From: Octopus sinensis
Taxonomy: Eukaryota
Assembly: GCF_006345805.1 (NCBI RefSeq)
Contig: NC_043002.1
Coordinates: 17,918,001-17,982,000 of the forward strand
Direction of reading: 5' to 3'
DNA length: 64,000 nucleotides
Positions within the stretch are counted from its first letter, which is position 1, and each line of letters begins with the position of its first letter. Shown one piece after another: positions 14,930-27,290 of this stretch. A model generated the notes under the pieces. The model searched no databases. It was not told where the DNA came from and saw only the letters and a list, made by a program, of their open reading frames with translations. Position numbers and translations under genes: made by a program.

Positions 14930-16057
14930 ACATACATACACACATATATATATATATACATATGTGCATATGTGTGTGTGTTTGTCTGTGTGTCTATGTA
15001 TCAGTAGTGGTATGTGTCATCATCGAAAGAATTTTAGTCGAAATGCTCTCCGAGTTCGAACCATGTGGAGGTCGATTTTACTGTCTTTTTTCCTGGGTCA
15101 ATACACGTCCAACTAACCATGTACTTCAGCAAATCATATACCCTTTCTCATGAATCGGTTTTATCTCTACAAAGTTACAGCTGGACGTTTGCATAAGACA
15201 TAAATTTGCTGCCAAAAAGAATATCTGACGGGAAACAGTACAACCAGGAGTCGAACGTATGTTGTTGACTCAGATTACTAAATAGTTATGCTATTTCCCC
15301 AAAAACTCCGGAAAATATATATTTTAAAATATAGCAAATGCTTGTGGATTTGATATTCCGGTAACCATAGTCTACTATGAGCTTCAATTTGTTTATCTAA
15401 ACTATTTCAGGTCGATAATATCATTAGAAGAGTCACAAGACTCACAGTCGTATTTCCGCAGCACATCTTGTATGGCAATACCTAATAACGAATGCAATGA
15501 AACGACATCAAATGTTGCAGATTTTGAAGTAAACTTATTGTACCCTTTTCAGCACAACCATAATTAAATGGAATGACTTAGGCTACGGTCTCAGGAAACA
15601 AGTTGAATCAGAAAATTTGTGGTTCTGCTGAAAAAATAGTGCTCTTTCGTATTTCAGTGCCAGGGATAATATACAAAGACAAAGACACGCTATATAAATA
15701 CGTCAACAACGAAACCTCTAAGTGGTCTCCTGGTTTTCAAAGAATAGTACCAAAACAACCTATTCAAGAAGAATACATGTGATAATATATTCCTTGATGC
15801 CCGAAAAGAGACGTGTAGTGATAACTAGAACGCATTTTCTGATAAAACTGTTGTATAATTTGCAGTTCTCAAGGATTAAATAAAACAACAATAGCATCGT
15901 GGTCTTGCTTATGGTAGAGAGAGTGACGTTGACTTGCAAAACCTAACGTAAAGTGTATTAATGATAGGCAGCAGAGATCAGAGGTACATCATCGTCTCGC
16001 CTAATTCTGCAAACATTTCTTTAATATTAATATTCTACCAATATAATATAATCTTAT

Positions 16058-16462
16058 TTACTCTTTTACTTGTTTCAGTCATTTGACTGCGGCCATGCTG
16101 GAGCATCGCATTTAGTCGAGCAAATCGACCCCGGGACTTATTCCTTGTAAGCCCAGTACTTATTCTATCGGTCTCTTTTGCCGAACCGCTAAGTGATGGG
16201 GACGTAAACACACCAGCATCGGTTGTCAAGCAATGCTAGGGGGACAAACACAGACACACAAACATATACATACACACTTATATATATATACATATATACG
16301 ACAGGCTTCTTTCAGTTTCCGTCTACCAAATCCACTCACAAGGCATTGGTCGGCCCGGAGCTATAGCAGAAGACACTTGCCCAATATGCCACGCAATGTG
16401 ACTGAACCCGGAACCATGTGGTTGGTTAGCAAGCTACTTACCACACAGCCATTCCTGCGCCT
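16058..16462 (-). mobile_element. SINE-A, full length
   Basis: Reverse complement of the SINE-A consensus, head to tail. Confidence 0.9.
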
Positions 16463-16639
16463 ATTTACTTGAATTTTGTAACAAACAAATTTTCATCTTA
16501 AAGTATTGTCCCTACTTCCATATTCACTGATATTTGTCTGTCTCCTATTTTTGGCGAATTGAGAATCCTTGCTAAAACTACATTACTTATTTATGGTTGT
16601 TTTGATACATCGAAAACCCTTGTGTGTGTTGTATATATA

Positions 16640-16689
<50 letters not shown>

Positions 16690-16784
16690 GGAGTAAACAC
16701 ATAAATGTGAAACAAGGTGGAAAAAAGAGTACTCAAATACCAGTGGTAGAGTAATATGCTTTATTTTAAGCAGCAGAAAATTCA

Positions 16785-16836
16785 ACAAAATCTGTTACTC
16801 TGAGTTTCTCGTTGCCGTTCATCAGACAGTTTTTGC
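16785..16836 (-). ncRNA. Minimal type I hammerhead ribozyme motif inside a short repeat (about 16688-16848)
   Basis: Minus strand reads gcaaaa-a-cugu CUGAUGA a-cg-gcaa-cg-a GAAA cuc-a-gag UA acag-a-uuuugu. The catalytic core is complete, with a GUA triplet and extended stem I. The closing pair of stem II is an A.A mismatch. Confidence 0.7.
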
Positions 16837-17789
16837 TAGAATGGAACATATATATTAATTCAATCTATACTCTTACAAACGCTACACCTTTAAAAAGAAA
16901 TGGACTTGTTTGATTGGCCCTTTAGAAAAAACGGTCAATCTTCGAGCGATAAACAAAAAGGTCAAAAATATATGTATATATATATAAAAAACTTATAAAA
17001 ATTATAAAATCCGAGGAAAAAACCGAGGAAAAAACCTATTGCCGTTAATGAAGACAGTACAAATTAATGCATAGAAATTAAACCTGTTATAAATACTGCA
17101 ATACATATTTATATTAAAATCCACATATATATATCAACATACACAAAAGGATGCGCGTAAACGCCATACATACATATACAGACGTATGAATATGAATCTA
17201 AATTATACACATAAAAGCATGTGTACATATATTCACGCAAACCGTCTCGCACGCAAGCTAAAATTCATCTATGTAGCAATTCTCATATACTGAGCAAGGA
17301 GGGGGAACGAAAGAAAGGGAAAGAGAGAAAAAAGAAATGAAGGAGGGGTGGGGAAAACTTGTAGCGATATTATTGGCATTTATAGAGGCCAGTATACATA
17401 CACAAGTTTGAATTGATACATATACATACCGTCGTGTGTATGCGTGCTTACGCACAAGCATACTTTCACTTACACATACACAGATACGCATGCTTACAAA
17501 TATATATGCTTTGCTATATACAAACTTATATAAACATTCTAAATTTGACAACATTGCTTTTTTTAAAAAAAAACATTGCTTTTAAAAAATGGGTGCATTA
17601 ATAAAAATATATACGAAAGACATATAAAATAAAATATAACATCCTATTTTGGGTCATTTATAAATAATCAAGGTAATATAAATAATCAAGGTAATCTTAT
17701 GCAATACAATAACATGAAAACAAAGTTTGTAGGTTTTTCCTAATATATATGTAGAAACAATAAGACTTTGCTATATGTCCGTCGTAGCG

Positions 17790-18310
17790 CTCAAGAGTCA
17801 AAATCAAAATCAAAAAATCAAAATACAAAATATATACTCTATCCATATGGTATATTTATATTCGACATTTTAAATTTAGCCTTGTGCCTACATAAGTTCA
17901 TTAATTCACTTCTTTGATTCAAAGAATTATTGTCTTTGAATAATATGTGCATTTTTTCTAATAAGCAGAGCCTGCACTTGAAATTATATTTGTAAGCTCC
18001 ATGCCTGTATGGTGCCGCCCTGTCCAGAATGCTCCATGTCACGTTGAAAGGTGGGGCTTCCTTTTCTTTTAGTTCCCAGACATATTTTGCTAGGCTGGTT
18101 TTCTTTCTGTTCTCTGGGTATTTAAAAGAATTCTTATGAGAATAAAATCTTGTTTTAAATGAATTTTCTGAAGCCCCTGTGTATGTCTTGTATTCCGATG
18201 AGCCTTCCACTTGCACCTTGGCTCTATAAACTACTCCTTTCACTAGACATTTCCCTTCTAACGGACAGGAGCTTTCGTTTTGCAATTACATTTCTTAATG
18301 GGCTCGGCAG
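17790..18310 (-). mobile_element. Penelope-like element 3' fragment: C-terminal GIY-YIG endonuclease
   Basis: ORF 17839-18285: CPLEGKC..GVVY...TYTG..FKTRFYSH...CRLCLLEK...LNQRSE...CRH. KKCNC lies just upstream across a 1-nt frameshift. This is the Cys-rich GIY-YIG layout of PLEs. Confidence 0.8.
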
Positions 18311-18312
18311 AC

Positions 18313-18359
<47 letters not shown>

Positions 18360-18360
18360 A

Positions 18361-18610
18361 TTGGAGTTTACCAAAAAAATAAGAAACGTGTGTGTAAACA
18401 ACAAACAGATGTATTAGTTTAACGCTCGGGAAGTGAGCCTACGCTCTTCAACAGAAAGGAACACAGCAATAAACACAGAGGGAAAAATATATATATATAA
18501 ATTTAAAACAAAATACCTTTTATCAATTCAAGAGGAACAATTAAATTACGCCAGCTAGAAAATTACATATAATAGAAATATCAAAATTTAAATAACTGAT
18601 AAAAGGTGGT
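18361..18610 (-). repeat. Short interspersed repeat with a deleted HHR-like core
   Basis: Minus strand cuguugaaGAGC-guag-GCUC (18437-18462) gives an HHR-like stem II, but the GAAAC/stem III part is absent. Confidence 0.35.
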
Positions 18611-18637
18611 TTCTTCTAATTTATATATACATATATA

Positions 18638-19038
18638 TTACTCTCTTTTACTCTTTTACTTGTTTCAGTCAGTTGACTGCGGCCATGCTGGAGCACCGCC
18701 TTTAATCGAGCAACTCGACCCCGGAACTTATTCTTTTGTAAGCCCAGTACTTATTCTATCGGTCTCTTTTGCCGAACCGCTAAGTGACGGGGACATAAAC
18801 ACACCAGCATCGGTTGTCAAGCAATGCTATGGGGACAAACACAGACACACAAACACACACACACGCATACATATATATATATACATATATACGACGGGCT
18901 TCTTTCAGTTTCCGTCCACCAAATCCACTCACAAAGCTTTGGTCGGCCCGAGGATATAGTAGAAGACACTTACCCAAGGTACCACGCAGTGGGACTGAAC
19001 CCGGAACCATGTGGTTGGTAGACAAGCTACTTACCACA
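18638..19038 (-). mobile_element. SINE-A
   Basis: Reverse complement of the SINE-A consensus. Confidence 0.9.
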
Positions 19039-19208
19039 TATATATATATATATATAATTCTTTAAAAAACAATATTAATGACAGAAATGTCTAGTTAAAC
19101 CATCATCGAACTGCATTCAGACGATGGCTTAACTGGCCAAAAATTCGAAGTCAGTGTCAATAATATTCTTGCTTAAAATAATAAATTTGTCCGCAAAAAA
19201 CTAAAGCC

Positions 19209-19260
<52 letters not shown>

Positions 19261-19984
19261 TGAATTTCTAAATGTTGAAGAGAATTTACTTAGTCAACCA
19301 TCTACAAATTTGTCAGCAGACAGATGGGCGTCATCATTTCAGACGCGACATTCAATAACGAACAATATACTTTCTCCAATAAACCAAAAAAGCTTAACAG
19401 CACAGATGAGATGATATTCGTTTCAACATGACTCAAGAAGTCATTCTGAAAAATGATAAATTACAAGAGACTCATGAATTATTCAGTTTCACTGCATATA
19501 AATTAAAGACATGATATATATGGACATTTCTTGTTAGAATCTAACACTTATTAAACAAGAAAGTCTGATGTAACATATAATACAGACACTACGCCTATAT
19601 TATGAAACTATATTATAATAAACCTTGTAATGTTTTATTTCAAACTACGCAGATTTGTCGTCCTTTCTTTTTACCATTTCTCTCTGTAGTAATTTATTTA
19701 AACTTGTAATCCTCAATTATTCTGCAGCTATGCTCTTCGGCCTAAAACAGTACAGGAATATTGGGATTCTTAAGAGGTTTACCTAGTGGTTTAGATATAC
19801 GTCAGAGTAGGCTCCTGTAAATGACGAACTATGCACTCTAGTGTTTGTTTTATCTGCAAGAAATAGTTCTTAATATTCTCTGAAATAACTTTCTGGTGTC
19901 TTGAAAATGGGCGAATTGGAGAACGCAAGTGGCACTACCTGGATAAGTTTACGCGATACTTGGAGAGATACATGATGTTCATAG

Positions 19985-20212
19985 GTGAAATACCTATTTC
20001 TTTACTACCCACAAGGGGCTAAACTCAGAGGGGACAAACAAGGACAGACAAAGGAATTAAGTCGATTATATCGACCCTAGTGTGTAAATGGTACTCTATT
20101 TTATCGACCGCAAAGTCGACCTCGGTGGAATTTGAACTCGCAACCTAACGGTAGACGAAATATCGCTGGGCATTTCGCCCGGCGTGCTAACGTTTCTGCC
20201 AGCTCGCCGCCT
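19985..20212 (-). mobile_element. SINE-B (tRNA-like head aggcggcgagctggcagaaacgttagcacgccgggcg)
   Basis: Head with B-box-like gagttcaaattcc; matches other copies in the window. Confidence 0.75.
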
Positions 20213-21936
20213 GCTATGTGAAATACCTGCGATGGGTAAGTTTTCAGCTGAGCAATGGCGATTTCATGGGTCAGTGTTAACCTGAGACTAATCAATTTCA
20301 ACATCAACAGAAACAATTAATATGCAGATGTGTTAAAGCGATACTTTCAAGCCAATGTGGGAAACAAGTCAAATTTCCATCAAATCGAAATGTGTTTTAC
20401 AAGGGACATTAGATAATGCTTTCCTAGACGCCATATGTTAGAAAATATTAGACGAGATTGTCGCAGCTAGAATCAGTTCTGTCTTAGGTTCAGACCTAAT
20501 CATGTCACTCTTGGGACTAAATAACTATTGGCAAGTAGTGTTCAGGTCGGAATTTCTGTATCATTTACGCTCTTTTTGCAAAGGTAAATTTGCCTTAAGT
20601 TAATTTTTAAGGACGTTAAGTGTAAATTAATATAAGGTCATTAGCAATTTGCAACAAATTGTGATTTATATGATACAACTGAAGGTGTATAGGAATCTAG
20701 TGAGATACAGGGAGAGATTGGGACCGTGAACAGGTAAATAGGAATTATATGACTAACACTTCAAGGCAAGCTGTTTTAAAAACTATCAAAACAAGTTGCA
20801 GTTGCCTCGGTGGTGTCTGTCTGCCTACTGTCCTTGGTTATCATCAGCTGGTATAGGGGCAAAAAAGAACTTTCTGTTTTTGTCTTTACAAAATTTCTTT
20901 GCAATTCCAACCTATAGTACAGCCTGTTACAAATCTTACACCTTTTCTTTCCACTATTTTGACATGAATCTTTTTCGTGTCAATTTTATAAACACATATA
21001 GTAGTATCTTTATCCCTATACTATTTCTGTTCGTCTCATTTCTTTCCTTTAACAGCATTTTCAAGGCGGAGTCTCTCGACTCAAATCACTCTTGATGGTT
21101 CCGTGCCAGCTGCAATTTTACACTAAATGCTTGACATCGCCCGGCCGACCATCAGTTCATCCTGCATGTCCCACTGGACGTAGGCTGCATTCACTCATAA
21201 TTCATAATTCATCTTCTGGCCAAGAACAACACGAAATTCTTCATCTAGCTACGTACGTTTGGCACGCTTTCACTCTAACTTGATTGGCTTGTTGTGCTTC
21301 CGATGTCTTTTCCCACTCCGCAGTGAATAGGCAATTCTTTACAACCCGGTGATAGCTCGCTAAATTCATTTTTCCAATGGGATATATAGGTTAATGTCGC
21401 AAGAAAGACAGGGGTATTTTTGTCCCTGTGGTATTATTTATCCGCATAACTATTTACAAGTTAATATTGCTTTCTCCATTAGGTTGCACGGTTTACTGAA
21501 GATTGTAATGAGAAAGTGTTTGGTAAGTCATGAGAACATAAATGGCATCATAAATGGCTGCACGGAAATATTGCGGTAAACTCGTAATTTAATTGCGTGC
21601 AACAAATCAGAAACGAAATCTTCAATTAATTGGCTAACCTCTGTTGTAGTTTGCGTAGCAAAATCTTTCGTCATTAATTCATCCCACTTATCGATTAAAT
21701 AGATTTGCATTCATTTAGAAAGAAAAACGATAATTTATTGGATTCAGGAATCAGGAAATGTTATAAAATTGAGTTATATTATACAACAGGTTGTTGGAAA
21801 TGGATTAACAGATCTCACTCGCAGGTGTCTTCAAATTCAAGAGGAAAATTTAATGGATTGGCCTGAAGAACTGTACAAATGTTATTTCCAGAAAATATGG
21901 CACCAAGAGATTGGTAGTCCAAATAATAAAAACTTT

Positions 21937-21950
21937 GATGACGATGATTG

Positions 21951-21988
<38 letters not shown>

Positions 21989-22130
21989 GTGATGGTGGTG
22001 GTGGTGGTGGTGGTGGTGGTTGTGGTGGTGGTGGTGGTTTTAGTGGTGGTGGTGGTGGTAGTGGTGGTGGTGGTGGTTTTGGTGGTGGTGGTGGTGGTGG
22101 TGGTGGTGGTAGTGGTGGTGGTGGTGGTGG

Positions 22131-22163
<33 letters not shown>

Positions 22164-22181
22164 CGACGACGATGATGATGG

Positions 22182-22216
<35 letters not shown>

Positions 22217-22257
22217 GGGAGGAGGAGGAGGAGGAGGAGGAGGAGGAAGAGGAAGAG
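21937..22257. repeat. Compound trinucleotide microsatellite (GAT)n(GGT)n(GAT)n(GAG)n
   Basis: Directly visible. Confidence 0.95.
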
Positions 22258-24049
22258 TATGTGCTTTAGTTTTGACAACGCAACGTCCATGTTCAGAGTT
22301 GAATAAATGTTCGATAGTTATTCTCGCCGGACCATGTCGATTGCGATGCATCTCTTTGTCGCTCTTCTAACTTACTTATTGCTCCGCTAACTTATGGTTC
22401 TTTATTTCTATTTCTGTACAAAAATTTGCAATTCTGTTGTTATATCCTTCATCAAACAAAGCTCCCACCTTCTGTATATGACTGCCTGTTAACTAAAGTA
22501 TCTGTTAACTAAAATGCCTATCCTGTTAGGACTTACGCGACAGAAAAGAGACATTATACTTTCAGTATCCGTGTATTTTTCCACTAACTCTCACTAGGTT
22601 GATCACCCAGATCAAAATGTGCAGATTATTTTACCGGTTCATTGAATTTGTAGAAATGCGTTATTAACTCAATATTTATCAGGCAACAACAAACCTCTCA
22701 GGTTTGCAAGGCTTTATGTAGGAAGTTACCAACATCACTTCTAGACATCTTTACAAATATGGCTGCCCTGAGTATGACACTGCAAAAAGGAAATCACTAG
22801 TCTGAAGGCATCGCCTTCACAGTTTTATACTTCAAGGTAAACGAACCTACTATTTCACCTCAAGAAGTTTCTACTTTGGGATCCACACACTCACTCCTCC
22901 TCTCCCCGAACTAGTTTGGTCAATTAGATGTGTATGCCTCGCAGCCATCAAAGATTTTCGTCACTATACGCTTGCTGAATATCATGGTTTCGTTAATTTA
23001 TAACACATCTATATTTAGTGGTCCGAGGTCATTCAGTTGGTGACCTTGTTTCGAAGGTAGCCCCACTGTATGTATTTATACTTTGTACTCGTCGGAAAAC
23101 GAGAGCTAGAGCACAGTTCTATATTTAAGAAATGAGGAATTACGTACCTTATTTACATTAATTACCATCTTGTTTGTTGTTAACACAACGCTTCGGCTGT
23201 GAGTACCCCGCACTCTTAACCACTACGCCATATGCCCGTGGGTATCAAGTGTAAATAATGTATAGGTACAGAGCGGGGAAATTTATGGGAAGGGTTTAGT
23301 TGACTACATGAAAAGAAGTGCTCAACTGCTGATTATTTCAAGTCGACATTGGAGAATTTTAAATCGGAAACTAAAACCTAAATATATGCTGCTTAGAATT
23401 TTGTCCACTGTGCGAATTTACCAAAGCACAACACCAAAAGTTCTTTAGGCAAGAATATAGTGAACTATATCGCCCGAGCATAAAGAAGATAACGGGTTCA
23501 ATTAGCTTACGCGAAAAGTGTTATTCTTTGGATCTTAGTCCATCTCACGGGCTTATTGCAGTTTTTGTTGTGCCCAATTTCACACACATAAACTTTGGTG
23601 TTCCTGAGACTGTGGCCCACAACCACTTACCCAACGTGCCTAGAGATGAGATTGAACTCAGAAGTTCATTGCCTTTGCAACATAATCTACTCAAGCATTC
23701 AGACATACCTACTCTCATAATTTGGAGAGCTGTATTGATCAGCATTTTAAAAGTTACATGTTTTCTACAGATGTGCCACATATGGTGTTCCATATTTATT
23801 TGCGTGCAATACAAAATGTCAGACATATTTGAAAGTAGTGTTTTATAGCAATTTCGTTTCTGTTCTCTTCTTTCCTTCTCTCTCGGCCTCAAGTAAAGAA
23901 ATTTCACTAGGAATATTATATATTTATGTATGTAATTATATATAAATATATGTGCGCATTTACATGTGTGTGTGCGTGTGTATAGGCATGTTTTAGTGAG
24001 AGTATATAAATATATACAAACACATGCTCATATATATCCACACACCTAC

Positions 24050-24080
<31 letters not shown>

Positions 24081-24089
24081 CATATATAC

Positions 24090-24163
<74 letters not shown>

Positions 24164-24754
24164 GTGTGTGTGTGAAGCAAGTATTATTATTTTTCGGTAC
24201 ATTAGTCGATGGGAAATTGTCCATATCATTGAATAACAATTGTCACACATTATCACACAGGTTTTTAATAAAGAAACAGCGCTTTTGTACGAGCATAGCA
24301 TGCGTTTATTATGTACAATTGGAAAATATAGAAAAAAAACTGTTGCTCATGTTTTTCATTGCCAGAAAGTAAATGATAGAAAGAAATTTAAAATTGAAAT
24401 AGTATTCACCCTCTACATGAATCGAATGCAATATCCGAATAAAAGAATATACGTAGAAAAAAAAATCTTGATTTCAAATGGGGGTTCTTCATATTATCAA
24501 AGCAAATGCTTAGCGCAGTATGCCTATATGGTTCTATAAATTGATTAATTGGAAACTCTGCATGCTTTGTATCTCGAGCAGCATGATTAGAAGTATTCAA
24601 TGTAAATTGAACATATTACACGGAGATTTTCTTCATGCTTCTTAAGTAATTCTTTCTAGTTTTCAATACTACTGTTACTACTATTACTACTAATGCCGCT
24701 GCTGCTGTTGCTGTTGCGGCATTTACTGCGCTACAGCAAATAATACAAATAATA

Positions 24755-25790
24755 ATTTTTCCGATTTAGGCACAAAGCCAAAAATTTTTAGGGAATGGTA
24801 TCAGTCGATACTATCAACTGAAGTCATGATTGATATGTTTGATTTCCTAACCCAGAAAGTTGAAAAGCATAGCTGACCTCAAGGGGAATTGAACACGTAC
24901 CGTTAAATTTTCTCAGCCGATTTAATGATCCTGTCAATCCATCACCCACGCATTAATAAAAATAAAATTTAAATATCGTTCCACATTTTGGTACAAGAAC
25001 AGCAGTTACGGGGGAAGGGGAAGTTGATTACATCGACCCCAATGCTCATCTGGTACTCATTTTAGCGACCCATAAAGGATGAAAGGCAAGTTTGTCCTTG
25101 GTGGAATTTGAACTCAGAAAGTAAAGACAGAAGAAATGCGAAGCATTTTGCCAAGCGTGCTAATCTCAGCGTGCGATCTCACATCCTTAATAATATTATT
25201 ATTATTAATAATAAATCCTTTCTATTATAGGAAAACAAGGCCTGAAATTTGGGGTGTGGAGCTAGTCGATTACATCAACCCCAGTGCTCAACTGGTACTT
25301 GTTTTATCGACTCTGAAAGGATGACTCGCAAAGTCACCAGGATCTAGCCATTGAGTTACAGAGACCAAGGAAAATGTGAGAAAAATGTAACCCTTGTATT
25401 TATAGATGTATTAGGAACTATCCCTAAAGATTTGAACTGACGAATAGAGAAAACAGGGTTCTTGGCATCCAAGGTTACTTATTGTATTCCAACGTTAGGA
25501 ACTTTGGTTTTATAACAGTTTAATCAGTCGTGCATATATGAAATAATAATAATGATAATCCTTTCTAGTATAGGCACAAAGCCTGTAATTTGGAGCGAGT
25601 AGATTAGTCGATTACATAGAACCCCAGTATTTCACTGGTACTTAATTTACAGACGCCTAAAGGCTGAAAGGCAAAGTCGAGCTGAGCGGAATTTGAACTC
25701 AGAACGTAGCAGCAGACGAAATACTACATTCGCCCGGAGTGCTAGCAACTCTGCCAGCTTACTACCTTAATGATAACAATGATAATAATA
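24755..25790 (-). mobile_element. Cluster of four same-orientation SINE-B copies or fragments
   Basis: Repeated agtcgattacatcgacccc...ggaatttgaactcagaa blocks at about 24755-24950, 24975-25185, 25225-25335 and 25555-25790. Confidence 0.7.
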
Positions 25791-25796
25791 ATAATA

Positions 25797-25828
<32 letters not shown>

Positions 25829-25989
25829 CATTATTATTATTATTGTTATTATCATTAACATCATCATCATTATCATCATCATCATCATAAATTTTTCTTT
25901 TTCAACAAAGCCAGTAATTTTAACGGGTTGTGTAATATGATTTTATATATTTCTCGCTTTCTTACTCTGTGTATCTCTTTCTCTCTGTA

Positions 25990-26400
25990 TTTCGAACACT
26001 TTGAGAAAGAATGTTTTCGAATCGATCTTGCGAGCACAAGTAGAAATCCATGACGGTATCTCCATTCTTAAGAGGTTATAATGCTTTGTAAATTTGTACC
26101 GACATCCTACCGACATTTTGTTAGTTTGGGCCTCCTGTAAACTTACCACCTAGCCATATTTCTTTACAAATGCGACAACATTTGTGGGATCAATATCGCT
26201 GTCAGATTCCTTGGTAGTTACCCTTATATATTTAGCTGCCCCATGAGATGCGATACAATCATATGAGCAAATGTGTCAGGCAGTATCTCTGCTTTTGCAT
26301 CATTTCCTGTGTTAAAGACCTGACGGATCTTGACGTTAGCAAAAGACAATTGGGTGCCGCTGGATATTCAACCTCTGACTGGACATCCAACGTCTTTTGG
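25990..26400 (-). mobile_element. Possible degenerate LINE ORF1 (Tx1/L1-like) relic
   Basis: Minus frames give ...LSFANVKIRQVF...FAHMIVSHLMGQLN / IRVTTKESDSDIDPTNVVAFVKKYG*VVS...LRMEIPSWI, which resembles the RRM-like ORF1 pattern (V..F...YG.V....M..IPS.I). Contains stops and a frameshift. Confidence 0.35.
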
Positions 26401-26598
26401 CGACAATACTTTTTAGGCTCTAGAAGCATAGACACTGACGCACGAATACATGTATACACAGAAATATACACGTACAAATAGAAAGAGTGAGGAACAGGCG
26501 GGAGAACGATAGGCATAACGGTTTATTTATTGAAGACGATTGACATAAAACACTTTCCCTCTTCTTGTGTTCATAAAGATTTATGATCATACACAGAA

Positions 26599-26636
<38 letters not shown>

Positions 26637-26879
26637 GTTGTGAAAGGAGTTATGAAACGAGGCAAACATTAAACCGTCTGCCAAATACGTCAGCCTAAAA
26701 TCAGCGACGTTAGATAGGCGACGCCAAACCGGCTGTACTGAAAGTTTTCATGTCCTGCGGCTGTATGTGCTACTCTTACGAGGGAGGCTACACTTTTCCT
26801 CACATTATTCAGTTCAGTCTACTATTCATTTTTGGGAAACAAATGAAATTCACTTCCCATCTTTCTCAGGCATAAATAT

Positions 26880-27290
26880 AGGCGTAGGTGTGGCTGTGTA
26901 GTAAGTAGCTTACTTACCAACCACATGGTTCCGAGTTCAGTCCCACTGCGTGGCACCTTGGGGAAGTGTCTTCTACTATAACCTCGGGCCGACCAAAGAA
27001 TTGTGAGTGGATTTCGTAGACGGAAACTGAAAGAAGCCCGTCGTATATATGTATATATACATGTGTGTGTGTGTGTGTGTATGTTTGTGTGTCTATGTTT
27101 GTTTCACCCCACCCAACATCACTTGACAACGGATGCTGGTGTATTTGCGTTCCCGTAACTTAGCAGTTCGGCAAAAGAGACCGATAGAATAAGTGCTAGG
27201 CTTACAAAAATAAGTCCTGGGGGCGATTTGGCCGACTAAAAGCGGTGCTCCAGCATGGCCACAGTCAAATGACTGAAACAAGTAAAAGAG
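26880..27290 (+). mobile_element. SINE-A, full length
   Basis: Matches the SINE-A consensus. Confidence 0.9.

Noticed and set aside
15411-15528. Possible exon (tttcag acceptor, gtaaac donor, one open frame)
   Set aside because: Peptide not recognisable, weak donor, no partner exons found.
21769-22269. 166-aa Asp/Gly/Glu-rich ORF
   Set aside because: Starts at a non-ATG codon and is almost entirely trinucleotide microsatellite.
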